A stretch of DNA of 64,000 nucleotides from Antedon mediterranea (taxonomy: Eukaryota; Animalia; Echinodermata), in assembly GCF_964355755.1 (NCBI RefSeq), contig NC_092679.1:16351432-16415431 (forward strand), written 5' to 3'. This document shows positions 23,778-47,280 of this stretch, piece after piece. A model generated the notes under the pieces. The model was given only the letters and a program-made list of their open reading frames with translations. It ran no database searches and had not been told where the DNA came from. Position 1 is the stretch's first letter. Every line of letters starts with the position of its first letter. The translations under genes and the position numbers were made by a program.

Positions 23778-26748
23778 TTATTTTAACAATCGAATCAAGG
23801 CAAAAACAAACAGGATAACCATAGAGCTTGTACGGATGAAAACGGCACTGTTTATCACAAACGCATTTGAAGCGATAAGATCCCGATAAAACAAAGCGGA
23901 ATCCTTTGGGGTACGAGGTCTGTCTGGGTCATCAAAGTCCACGTGGTGTAGACCAAATCGTTGACTGTAACCTGACGCCCATTCAAAGTTGTCCATCAAA
24001 GACCAAGCAAAGTAGCCCACAACGTTTACTTCATCTATCTTGATTGCTGTCAAGAAAATTACGGTATGTTACGTTAAGGCAAAAATCACACAGAGTCGCA
24101 CGGCCAGGCCCGACGAGTAGAGAAAAGAAGAGAGAAAATTTTGCCGGAGAAAATTAAACATGTTTACTGTTCTCGCGACGACCTAAAAATTACGACCGAC
24201 GCTATCTGAAGAGGACTCGTCTCGTTGGGAGATTCAACTAGAACGAAACGTAAGCCGCAACGTAAGCCGCAACGGAAGCGAATTTATCACAAGGAACGGT
24301 TCGAATAATCCATCGCTTGGATTGGTCAATTTGCTTGCGTTGCGACTTACGCCATTTTGCGTTGCATTCTAGTGGGAACCAATCTTTAGACAGCACCGAC
24401 GAGAAAAACGTTTTGTTGAACCTCGCCGCATTCCATAATTATACGCCGGGCTTTTAATTAAATAATCGCTATCCAATCGGATTTGAACCACACCATAAAC
24501 GCATTTTAAGCTTGGTTCTCACTAGGACGTAACGCAAGGACGTCAACGCAAGCGTGTTGATCAATGACAAGTGACAGTTCGAATAATCCATCGCTTGTGA
24601 TTGGTCAACTCACTTACGTTGCGTTACGTCCTTGTCTTGCGTCTCTAGTGGGAACCAAACATTAGTGGTCTAATGGTACGATGTCTGCATATCAAGCAGA
24701 AGATGGTTTTTGTACCGTCTAAAGGCCAACTCAGACTCGTCGGTGCTGTCTGAGTTGCAACGCGACGAGACGAGTCGTCTTGAATTGACAGCGCACATCA
24801 CACGAAGACGGTTCTTCAGTAACTTGTTATTTTACTCTACACCTCACTCAATAATAGGTCAAGACAGAATGAAAGTAAAATAAGAGCATATTGGAAAATG
24901 ACAAAAATCTACCTAATCTCAAGATTTACCTTTCAGAACCTCATTCAAATATGCAGAGTAATACGTAATTCTATCACTATCGTCAAGGATCTGTTCATAC
25001 GGGGTTGAAACACCGTTTTCGGTGATGAATATTTCCGGATCGTCGTATTCTGTTTTCACCCAGTTAAGAAGCTCCCGCAACCCCCATGGTGCAGGTCTCA
25101 ACCACTCTGAAGCAGATTTAGGCCAGTCGTCGGGTTGAAAGCGATAGACATCCTAGAAAGATCAAGTAAATATTATATATTTAACGTACATAAACCAACC
25201 ATGATACTGTGATTAACTATTCGATATACTCGATAATGATATTATGATGGTTAGCGTTTATAATACCACATTACGATTTCATATTTAACTAAATATGTTT
25301 GGATAAACACCTGATCGCTCTCATAATTAACCTCTGACGTCGGACTCTCGTGGTATCTGCATACGGTAGTCGTGTACGCATTTAGTCCGAAGAAGTCATG
25401 GGTGCCTTTGATGTATTCGACTTCTTCATCGGTGAAACTAGGGAGCCGGGATTCATTTAAGCCTTGTGCTATACTTTTCATGTCTACTTGACTTCGCATT
25501 TGAGCAGGATAATCACCTTTGAAAATTGGGTGGGCATACCTACGTCGTAACAAAAAGAAAATTATAATAGTATTTGTAATTAATTGTATGATCGCATTTA
25601 CCTAACCGATACACGTCACGAGCGGTATCACGTCTAGTAAAGTTAAACATTCTGCATTATCGTGTATTCTGACAGTAACATTCATCCCATATGGATACTG
25701 GGGTAGAGAGAGATCATTTAGAGGGTTAGACTTACTGTAGGAGTTCGATGCTATGGTATGGGACTGTCGTCGCGAACGATACTGCAGGATGTTAACCTCG
25801 CCAGACGTGGTAGGCCTACCATACGAGAATCGGTAGTCATTGCTTGCTCTGTATTGTCTATACTCAATCATATGCCTAACTAAAATCAACTCACCAACCA
25901 GCGGTGAACTGCATATAACGAATGGCAGCATCGACGTCCTCTTGCTTGGTTGCGTCTTCTGGCATCCCATAGTCAGTGCTCAAAGTAATAGAAATTTTAC
26001 CTCCGTACGAATATTTTTTATGGTAAGTATGGTACGCCTCAGCATGAGCCTTGATGATAGTGTGCGCTGCCCTATAAGGAGCATACCCTGGGTCGTTAAT
26101 TCCAGGGGCGAAGACAGCTATGCCATACCCGAGCCATGTCACGACATATGGCTCGTTGAAAGTGATCCAGTAGCCAACTCTATCACCAAAACGGTCGAAG
26201 CACAAATCTGCGTAGTCGTTGAATATGTCGACCAGTGTTTCGTTTTCCCATCCACCGATGTCTTGCAGCGCTTGCGGCAGATCCCAATGGTACAAAGTGA
26301 CCATAGGTTGAATATCAGCATCAAGCAATGCATCTATCAACTTACTATAGTAACTTATGCCCGCTTCATTCACATTATCTATCAATCCACTGGGTAGAAT
26401 ACGCGGCCAAGAAATGGAGAATCGGTAGAATTTTACATTCATATCCTTCAGAATCTTGACGTCTTCTAAGTAGTTGTTGTAGCTGTCACAGGCGACGTCT
26501 CCATTTTCATCATTATAGATCTTTCCAGGTGTATGGGCAAATACATCCCATATGCTAGGCCCCTTGTTATCGGCATCCCATCCACCTTCTATTTGGTAGG
26601 CAGACGTAGCTGAACCCCAGATGAAGTCTTCAGGAAATGAGTCGTAGTACACAGCATCTCTCTCAGGATCATTAAAAACTTCTGGATAATAATAGTCTGC
26701 CGCGTAAGCTATTGAAATGAAACAGAGGATGGCGGGAAAACGCAACAT
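23778..26748 (-). CDS. Glycoside hydrolase family 1 (lactase-phlorizin-like single domain), copy A, 4 exons
   Basis: Exons 26748-25895, 25539-25311, 25152-24930, 24046-23778. Signal peptide, [17 protein letters not shown] acid/base, ITENG nucleophile, WSLMDNFEW, hydrophobic C-terminus. Confidence 0.93.
24232..24662. mobile_element. Two related MITE copies in the last intron of GH1 copy A
   Basis: GCTTGGTTCTCACTAG..ACGTAACGCAA ... CTAGTGGGAACCAA with shared core GTTCGAATAATCCATCGCTTG at ~24298 and ~24577. Confidence 0.7.
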
Positions 26749-27099
26749 AGTTAGTAGTGTAGATCGACGCTGGTGTGTAGATCATACGACGATGATGATC
26801 AAGCATCAAAGTCACCATGGACTTGAACCACCAGTTTAATCATTAGCTGGCTAATTTGTTTATATTTCTTATCTACGTGTGTGCACACTTTATGAACGAT
26901 CTTTGCTACACCTATATTGTTGTTTGAACTGTAATATTTAGACGGGTACTTGTGATATAACCCTATAGATACATTTGATTGATTGATTGTTTGTTGAAGG
27001 GCATGCACTGAATACGTGTAAGAAACTAAACATCCTACACAGGAGTTTTCAATGTATTTATCAATTTCAATGACATATATCATTTTGAACTTGATAAGT

Positions 27100-27670
27100 T
27101 ATCTACGTGGAAATAACGTTAATATTGCGTTTATGCAAACTTTCTATTTGATTTTAATAATTTCGTTATTTCATTCAACGCCACTGTTTAAATTACGTCT
27201 ATGCAAGCTTTCTATTCAACTATTGCGTTATATCAACGTTTTGAGGTTGAATCGACGCTAGCATTTATTTAAGTTTATGCAAACTTATTCAACTAAACAA
27301 TGTGTTATTTCAACGTTATCGTTTTGACGTTGAATCAACACTAGAATTTATTTACGTTTATGGAAACTTATTAAAGTAAACAATTGTGTTATTTCAACGT
27401 CACCATTTATTTAAACGTTAAATCACCCACCGTTTAAATTACGTCTATGCAAACTATTCACACAATTGCGTTATTTCAACATTGTTGTGAATCAACGCTA
27501 GAATTTATTTACGTTTATGCAAACTGATTAAACTAAACAATGCGTTATTTCGACGTCACCGTTTTGACGTTGAATCAACTGTACAATCTATTTACGTTAA
27601 TACAAACTTTAATTTTCAATATACTCCATTTACATGTACGTCATATCAACGTTTGGAAATAACGTTCAGT
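27100..27670. repeat. Degenerate tandem repeat rich in CAACGT/ACGTTG between divergent GH1 genes
   Basis: Recurring TTTACGTTTATGCAAACT..TGCGTTATTTCAACG..TTTTGACGTTGAATCAAC units. Confidence 0.8.
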
Positions 27671-27751
27671 ATATAAAGAGGAGTTAATTTCGACACCGGG
27701 AAGTTTATATAATAAGTGACTAATTTACGATTTTACTAAAGGGAATGGTTG

Positions 27752-27927
27752 AGGCCATTTACACAGACGATCGGTAACGGTAATAGTTTCTATGTTATTC
27801 CTTATGACCAATTACACAAAATGCGGAGCGGACGGGCGGTTTCCGCCCAGGATAAATACAGATTCTACGTAGAACATTCAACGCGGTTTTCCGCATACCG
27901 TTACCGCTCGTCGGTGTAAATTGGCCT
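27752..27927. mobile_element. Harbinger-like MITE (GGCCAATTTACACAGACGAGCGGTAACGG TIR)
   Basis: Inverted termini; related copies at ~40272-40432 and ~58648-58806. Confidence 0.8.
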
Positions 27928-28159
27928 TTATACGTTCGACGTTTTAGCGATCGATAACAACAGTTATTCATCTCCAATTTATCAACTACATAAACACCAT
28001 TAAACGCTCTTATCAATCTGCGTATTGATAAAATATTTACATAAATCCTTCAAACTTTAACAACAGTGTTGTTAAGCCGCAAATACGAGTCGCCATACAG
28101 TCGATGATAAAGTATACGACAGTGTGTAATTTTGACTGTGTGAGATCAAAGCATTTACC

Positions 28160-30026
28160 ATGGCATGGAAAGGTGTAGTAGTGATTCTATCTCTGGTAAT
28201 TGCCAGCATAAGCTCGCAAGAGGAACCAGAATATGTATATCCAGATGTCTTCAATGATCCTGAAAGAGATGCCTTCCATTACGGAACTTTTCCAGAAGGT
28301 TTTGCATGGAGTTCTGCAACTTCATCCTATCAGATAGAAGGGGCATGGGACGCTGACGGTAAAGGGGAAAGCATATGGGATAGATTTGCCCACGAGGGAG
28401 GACATGTGTATAACAACGATACTGGAGACGTTGCCTGCGATAGCTACAACAATATTGAGGAAGATGTTAAAATGATTAAGGCAATGGGTCTTGGGTATTA
28501 TCGATTCTCTTTTTCCTGGCCACGAATTCTGCCAGACGGAACTATTAACAATATCAATGCAAAAGGTGTGGAATATTACAGCAATCTGATAGACGCACTC
28601 CTTGTAGAGTGCATTACTCCGATGGTTACTCTTTACCATTGGGATTTACCACAGGCGTTGCAAGACGTCGGCGGCTGGGCGAATGAAACCATTGTAGACC
28701 ACTTCAACGACTATGCCGATTTCTGCTTTAAAACATTTGGCACGCGTGTTAAATTCTGGATTACATTCAACGAGCCATGGATCGTGTCAATGTTGGGTTA
28801 TGGTGCTGGCAGCTTTGCCCCTGGTATTGTAGAGCCTGCAATCACCGTATATGTTGTTACACACAATATAATCAAATCACACGCTACATCATGGCATAAT
28901 TATGATGATAATTATAGATCTTCGCAAAAGGGGAAGATTGGGATCACGTTGAATTCGGACTTTTTCGAACCCTTCACAAAAAGTCAAGCGGATGTCGATG
29001 CTGCCGAGAGGGGCCTTCAGTTCCAAATAGGTTGGTTCGCTCATCCTATCTTTAAAGATGGCGACTACCCTCAAGTTATGAAGGAAAACGTTGCTTATAA
29101 GAGTGCAATGCAGGGTTATCCAAAATCACGTTTACCAGAGTTTACTGATGATGAGAAGGAGTACATAAAAGGCACAACTGATTTCTTCGGTCTTAACCAT
29201 TACACTTCCGTATATACAATAAACGTTACAACCGATACTACTGACGGTGCTTACTGGACAGACCAAAACATTGCCACATGGAAGGACGAAGCGTGGCCGC
29301 GTTCGGGATCTACGTGGCTTCAAGTTGTTCCTTGGGGAATCAGACGTCTGCTAAACTGGATAGATAACGAGTATGACGGGATACCGATTTACGTCACAGA
29401 AAACGGTGTATCAACGGCAGATGTGTTCGAGATTGACGACGTCATCAGGCAGAAATATTACCGATCATACATCAATGAAGTCTTGAAAGGTATCAGAAAC
29501 ACAACTTTTAAAGATTCTAACCGTATAGATTAATGACCATTCACATGGAAGAATCTACTAGACCCGGCGAAGATTTACCAGAAAATCCATGAGTTTGCAA
29601 GATAACGACATACTAGAATAAATGGTCTTGCTAAATTGCTTAGGTCATGGACCTTCTGAAGTAATGGGGTATGGTTCTTCCGAAGCAATTTGTCATAGAA
29701 AACTATTTCTAAAAATGTCTTCTTTTTTTCTTACAGCTATTGACATCGACGGATCAAACGTGAAGGGGTACACAGCATGGTCACTGATGGACAACTTCGA
29801 GTGGGCATCTGGATACAGTGAGAGGTTCGGTATGCATTACGTTGATTTCAACGACCCAAACCGGAAAAGAACTCCTAAAAACTCTACTATCATTTATGCA
29901 AAGATCGTTGCTGACAATGGATTTCCAAAGGATGACGACACGAGTGATGGTGCACGATTTACTGGGTGTGTTCAACTTGTGGTATTAGCTGTTATCTATT
30001 CACTACTTTCACGTGTATTTTATTGA
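28160..30026 (+). CDS. Glycoside hydrolase family 1, copy B, 2 exons
   Basis: Exons 28160-29489 and 29737-30026. Signal peptide, [21 protein letters not shown]-terminal hydrophobic anchor. Confidence 0.93.
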
Positions 30027-30676
30027 TAACCCCTATCTAAATAGCAGCAATACTTTCTCCAACTATATAAGACAAATTGTCAACTAAAACGAGATAAAAC
30101 TACATTTCTATTTAATCAATATTTTAATAGTTTAGCTTATTTCTCAACAATGTTTTAATCAGGGAAGAGTGAAACTTTTAATTTCAATCTTAGTCTCCTG
30201 GTTTTAATAAAAAACGAAAAATTGAATATTATTATGACCTCACGAATTTATTCGCGATTAATGATCAGTGTTGTTTAAATGTGCTTTTAGAACTACGAAT
30301 AAACATATTTAAATTGACGTGTTTAGTGATAAACATTAAATTGAATTCTAAACAGGTTTGAACCAAATTAAAATCTACGCCGGGGCTAGCTGGGAATGAT
30401 GCAAACGTTGACCTTTTCCCCTAAGAAATTAAGATTTAATGTTTCTTCTGAAATGCTAATTAAGAAAAATATCAAATTAACCATTTAACTGTAATATATA
30501 TTTTAGTTTGTAATAGGCCTACTTAACAGTTTGTATATTAGTCATTCAAAAAGTATTTTCGTGCGAAAGAACAATTGATTAATAGGCCTACTGTACAATA
30601 ATAATAATAGGCCTACTGTACAATAATAATAATAGGCCTACTGTACATTAATAATAATAATAGGCCTACTGTACAA

Positions 30677-31020
30677 TAATACGGCTTCACCACGTTGAAA
30701 CACCGGTTCTCGTCAGATCACCGAAGTTAAGCAACGTTGGGCCTGGTTAGAGCTTTGATGGGAGACCATCTGGGAATATCGGGTGCTGTATATGGAGCTG
30801 GGGTCTCGTTAGGCATTTGAAATCAGCACTGCTGACTCTTGTGGCAGCCCCTGCATCTAGTATCTGCCTCAGACGTATTGGCTTATGCCTTTCCTCTGGT
30901 CAAGGTGGGCACTGGACGAGACAAGCCCTTGATCAATGTTAGGACCAACCAAGGTGCTTTAAACAGTCCTGGCTTTGTTTGTATCAAACCTGTTAGTAGG
31001 CCTAACAATAAATTAAATTG
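30677..31020 (+). mobile_element. 5S rRNA-derived sequence with extended tail (SINE3-like element or 5S pseudogene)
   Basis: 30677-30790 follows 5S rRNA (TACGGC..CACCACGTTGAAA.CACCGGTTCTCGTC.GATCACCGAAGTTAAGCAACG..GGGAATA.CGGGTGCTGTA) with substitutions, no T-run terminator, and ~230 bp of higher-GC tail ending AATAAATTAAATT. Confidence 0.75.
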
Positions 31021-32059
31021 ATGCATCATATTCCGTCTATGTTATGACCATTATGTTATTTGTTTACATCCTTCGGTATTGTAGAACACAATGAATAATA
31101 TTCAGTGAAGATATCACTTCATACATTTATATACATATAGTGGTGTATAATAATTGGGGTAACAAACGTCACCGATTATTTAATTTCACAATCCGATCGA
31201 CGTTAATTTGACGTGCGCTATAATTACATTCAGTTTGTGTTTTTCTTTGAAAACGTACTCGCGTATCGGATACACGACGCCTGTTTCCATACGTTTCTTC
31301 TCTAGATCGTCCTTATGCTATTTGTTTTATGTATCCAGATCTTATTGGTTGAATTGTACTCTCAAACTGGCTATACAATTTTGTTTAGTTTTCAGTTAAG
31401 CAACATTAGAGTGCAAGCCTAAACGATATATTTTAAAGTTGAATTTTGAGGGAAAAAAGTTTAGATTGTCATTTGCTTTTTTCTAAAAAGGAGCTTCAAT
31501 CAATTCAAACTGAATTTTGACCAATCACACCAGGTTCCTTAATCACGCACATGCTGCATGATCTATCAACACGTAGGCGCGCCTACTGTACATAGTCAAC
31601 ATTAATGGTCTTTGGATCAGAAGATGTTGACAGAGATATCTTTCTTTTGCATTATGTTTGTGCATGCAGCATATTGCACAAATTGATACAAAGTTCATAT
31701 CAACACCCAACAATCACAATGTTGTCTGTCGATAATCAATTAAAAACGCTTTGTCATAGTAGGCGGAAGATGATGGAGATTTTTTTCGATTTCGTTAATC
31801 AAAGTCCAAGCATCGCACATCCTGACTACCCAGTAGTTCAGTCCGTACCGTACGCAATATCATCAAGGTCGGCGTTTTAGTAGTAGGCGGCAGTTTTGCA
31901 TTATCATTGATCGTATTAATAAACATTGTATAAATTTGCACTAATTGGACAAGGTTAAGGACACATAGTCTAGGTCGTCTAGGTTACGCCCAAAACCATC
32001 CCCTGTTTAAAAAAAAATAAAATGTTTTGTTTAATATGCCATTTTAATGTCACTTAACA

Positions 32060-32245
32060 TGAATACCAGATTATTAAGAAATTGTGAACGTAATAAAATG
32101 GAATGTGATTTATGATACTGCATAACACTTTCTTAACTCGGATAGTAAATATTGACAGTGCCAGATAGTGTATTAAGTAACTGAGTTTGACTGTGTGAGG
32201 TCAAAGCATTCACCATGGCATGGAAAGGTGTAGTAGTGATTCTAT
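32060..32245 (+). pseudogene. Truncated GH1 5' fragment (upstream region plus first ~10 codons)
   Basis: ATGGCATGGAAAGGTGTAGTAGTGATTCTAT at 32215-32245 is identical to the starts of copies B and C. Upstream 32060-32170 resembles 33160-33280, then homology breaks off. Confidence 0.75.
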
Positions 32246-33349
32246 TTTTGGAAAATGTTGTCTGTCGATAATCACATTCAAAACGCTTTGTCATAGTAGG
32301 TGCAAGATGATCAGAGATTTTTTTTCGATTTCGTTAATTTCGCCGCGACTACTCAGTAGTCCATTCAGTAGGCGATATCATCAAAGTCGGCGCTTTAGTA
32401 GTAGGCGGCAGTTTTGCATTATCATTTATCGTATTTGCAATAATTGGACACAGTTACGGACACGCCCAAAACCATCTCCTGGAAAAACAATTGTTTAGGC
32501 CTAAATGTTTTTGTTGAATATGCCATTTTAATGTTACATAATAATTATTTACTTAGACCAAAAATTGGATAGAAACAAAGTATTTATTGGCTTGCAATTT
32601 AAAGCAAAAAGAGTTAATTTGATTTCTGGTTGAATTAATTGTGTCTTTTTATAAGTGAAAACTTTATTTTTCTACCGAAGTGATTACCTCTATCAAAACT
32701 GCGAAATGGCCTATTGAAAATCTAGTTTTGTTTATCTTCATTTTTTATGATTTTGGGTAAATTACATCTTTAATCTATTTTATAATAAATAGTTTGGTCA
32801 TCCATTGAAAACGTTGCCATAATATTTATAAAAAATCGGTAAAACGCTACCTATTAGCCATTTAAACAACATACTTTTGTTATGCTCTATATTTTTTCTC
32901 CTTCGTTTTTGACTTATATTTTGTTTATTGTTTTATCATGCTTTTTCTTTTATATATTTCTGCATACTTGTTTTGTAGGGTCCCTCATGAGACAAGCTTA
33001 TGCTTCTAGTGCGGGCCCCAATTGTTGTTGTCATAATAATAACTGAATAAATGTATATGACTGAATGAACTGAACTGAAAAAGCTAATTAGCCAAATATT
33101 GAAAATCTATTACGAAACATGAAATCCACTGACAGCCATTTCTATAATTAAAGACGAGATCATGAATACCAGTTTACTAAGAAATTGTGAACGTAATAGA
33201 ATTAAATGGGATTTATGATACTTACATAACACTTATCAACAACGCCACTCGAATTAGTAAATATTGACAGTGTCAGGTACGTGTAGGCCCTATTAGGGTA
33301 GTGTTATAAATTACTAAGTCTGACTCTGCATGAAGTTAAAACATTCACC

Positions 33350-35213
33350 ATGGCATGGAAAGGTGTAGTAGTGATTCTATCTCTGGCAATTGCCTGCATA
33401 AACTCTCAAGAGGAACCAGAATATGTATATCCAGATGTCTTCAATGATCCTGAAAGAGATGCCTTCCATTACGGAACTTTTCCAGAAGGTTTTGCATGGA
33501 GTTCTGCAACTTCATCCTATCAGATAGAAGGGGCATGGGACGCTGACGGTAAAGGTGAAAGCATATGGGATAGATTTGCCCACGAGGGAGGACATGTGTA
33601 TAACAACGATACTGGAGACGTTGCCTGCGATAGCTACAACAATATTAAGGAAGATGTTAAAATGATTAAGGCAATGGGTCTTGGGTATTATCGATTCTCC
33701 CTTTCTTGGCCACGAATTCTGCCAGACGGAACTATTAACAATATCAATGCAAAAGGTGTGGAATATTACAGCAATCTGATAGACGCACTCCTTGTAGAGT
33801 GCATTACTCCGATGGTTACTCTTTACCATTGGGATTTACCACAGGCGTTGCAAGACGTCGGCGGCTGGGCGAATGAAACCATTGTGGACCACTTCAACGA
33901 CTATGCCGATTTCTGCTTTAAAACATTTGGCACACGTGTTAAATTCTGGTTAACTTTCAACGAGCCGTGGATCGTCACGCTTCTGGGATATGGAGATGGT
34001 TCTTTTGCTCCTGGTATCGCAGATCCCGCAATAACCGTATACGTTGTAACACACAATATAATCAAATCACACGCTGCAGCATGGCATACGTATGATGACA
34101 ATTATAGATCTTCCCAAAAGGGGCAGGTTGGAATCACGCTGAATTCGGACTTTATCGAACCTGCCGACAGGTCCAATCCAGAGGACGTCGCAGCCGCTGA
34201 TAGATGTCTTCAGTTCCAAGTAGGTTGGTTCGCACATCCTATCTACGTAGATGGCGACTACCCTCAAGTTATGAAGGAGTATATTGCTGAAAAAAGCGCA
34301 ATGCAGAATTATACCAAATCGCGTCTACCAGAATTTACTGATGAAGAGAAGGCATATATAAAAGGCACGGGTGACTTCTTTGGACTCAACCATTATTCAT
34401 CTGTGTATGCCGTAAACGTGGTAACGAATACCGACACGGGGAACTACTGGACAGACCAAGACATTGGTTCCTGGAAGGATGAATCCTGGCCTGGTTCGGC
34501 ATCATCATGGCTTAAAGTCGTTCCTTGGGGAATCAGACGTTTGCTAAAATGGATACACGACGAGTACGACGGAATACCGACTTACGTCACAGAAAATGGT
34601 ATATCAACCGAAGATGTGTTCGACCTGAATGACGTCAGCAGACAGAAATATTACCGATCTTACATCAATGAAGTGTTGAAAGGTAAGCATAAAGTATTTA
34701 AATTAATATAACAATAGTCATTTTAAACTGCGTGAATTTTACTATCTATGATAACAAGACCTATGTCACACCAACGATCATATACAGTACTGCCGCTTTT
34801 GTCAGAGAATTTTATCCCAGAGAGCGTAGGCTCAGAATATATTTCAGAAAATTCCCAAACCGTATAGATAGCATTGAACAAAATGGGTTTTAGGCCAGAA
34901 AATATTATTTCCTTATCTTACAGCTATTGACATCGACGGATCAAACGTTAAGGGGTACACAGCATGGTCACTGATGGACAACTTCGAGTGGGCATCTGGC
35001 TACAGTGAGAGGTTCGGTATGCATTACGTTGATTTCAACGACCCAAACCGGAAAAGAACTCCTAAAGAATCTACTATCATGTATGCAAAGATCGTTGCTG
35101 ACAATGGATTTCCAAAGGAAGACGACACGAGCGATGTTGGACGATTTACTGGGTGTATTACTCTTGTAATTTCAGCTGCTATATATTCACTACTTTCTCA
35201 CATAATGTACTGA
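33350..35213 (+). CDS. Glycoside hydrolase family 1, copy C, 2 exons
   Basis: Exons 33350-34682 and 34924-35213. Same motifs as copy B (TFNEP, YVTENG); tandem paralog. Confidence 0.93.
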
Positions 35214-36445
35214 TTCAAATTCAAATTGTAACCATTTCTCTACATTAGGAAAGAATTTTCTATACAAAGAAATTCCTCCCTTATTCTATTGCAGTTAATA
35301 TTATTTTCTTTACAACAACGTTTTTAGTTTTTTCAATGTAAAATAGAAATTTATGAATAATCAGTTTTATAAAGTAATAAAAATGTACAGTAGTTCCAAC
35401 TGACAAATATTTTTGACCTAGTCCTTAATTAATGTAAAAAAAAAATCTTTTAGAATAATAAATAAAACAATGGTTGTTGAAAAATTGTCTCTTATTTATT
35501 TGCTTTTAACTACAACACCACCCCCCCCCCCCCCCACCCCCACAAAAAAAAAACCAAATCCGAAGTATAATACACATATAGAAACAGATTAAAATTGAAT
35601 CTTTATTTTACAGTATTATAAAATCATAAATTTATGTCCATGATGAAATAGTATATTTCTCATCGTTATCATGATTATATAAGTTCTTTAGAAATATAAA
35701 TTTATAAATCTTAACACAATAGGCACGGTCATAGGGATTTAGATTTGTTTTGTTTATATTGGTCACACACTTACAAATCTAGATGACCTTTCCTTACCTA
35801 ATGTGGTAGTCTACACTATCAAACTTTATGTGATAAAAAATTGTGATGTGCCCCTATATTGACATGATGATGTCATATCACTACCATATTTGGACACATC
35901 ACACTTTTTTTTGTCAAACTAGTTTGATTGTGTAGGCAGAGCTTAGGCTTTGCAATGTATGTTAAAAAGAAAACAATTGGTTAGTGAAACTGGTCCAAGC
36001 TCTGCCTGACAAAAAAGTGTGATGTGCTTAAATATGGTAGTAATAATGGTCAAATATAGTAGTGATATGACATCATCATGTCCATATATGGGCACATCAC
36101 ATGTTTTTGTAAGACAGAGCTTTAAACTGCAGTTGTTCAAATAATTCAAATTCAAATTCAAAATTCATTTGACTTTTAACCTAACATTTAATTTGTAACT
36201 TATAAAAATTATAAACACTACCTGTAATTTAATATATACTAAATTTGAAGATTGTCAATTAATATTTACTGAAATCAGAGACGTCCTGAACAATAAAACA
36301 ACAATAACAAAATGATATGAATTTTACAATCAACGATGCCTATTTCATCAATATATTAATATAGGTTTGTACAGCTGTGGGCACGAGTAAAAAGCCACAG
36401 GGTTGAAAGACATCCACGTAATTTGAAAGGTTCTTGCGGTGAATA

Positions 36446-47207
<10,762 letters not shown>

Positions 47208-47280
47208 TTTAAAAGTTTTTTGCAATAATCTCTGTTGCTCAGCGCGCCCTCTACAGGAAGAACAAAATAATAAAATCAAG

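Noticed and set aside
30677-30790. Functional 5S rRNA gene
   Set aside because: Substitutions in terminal helix and C box, solitary, and no oligo-T terminator.
25602-34267. Antisense and alternate-frame ORFs over the GH1 genes (e.g. 25840-26397, 28322-28639, 33512-33829)
   Set aside because: Shadows of GH1 coding sequence; the duplicated 105-aa ORF simply mirrors paralog identity.
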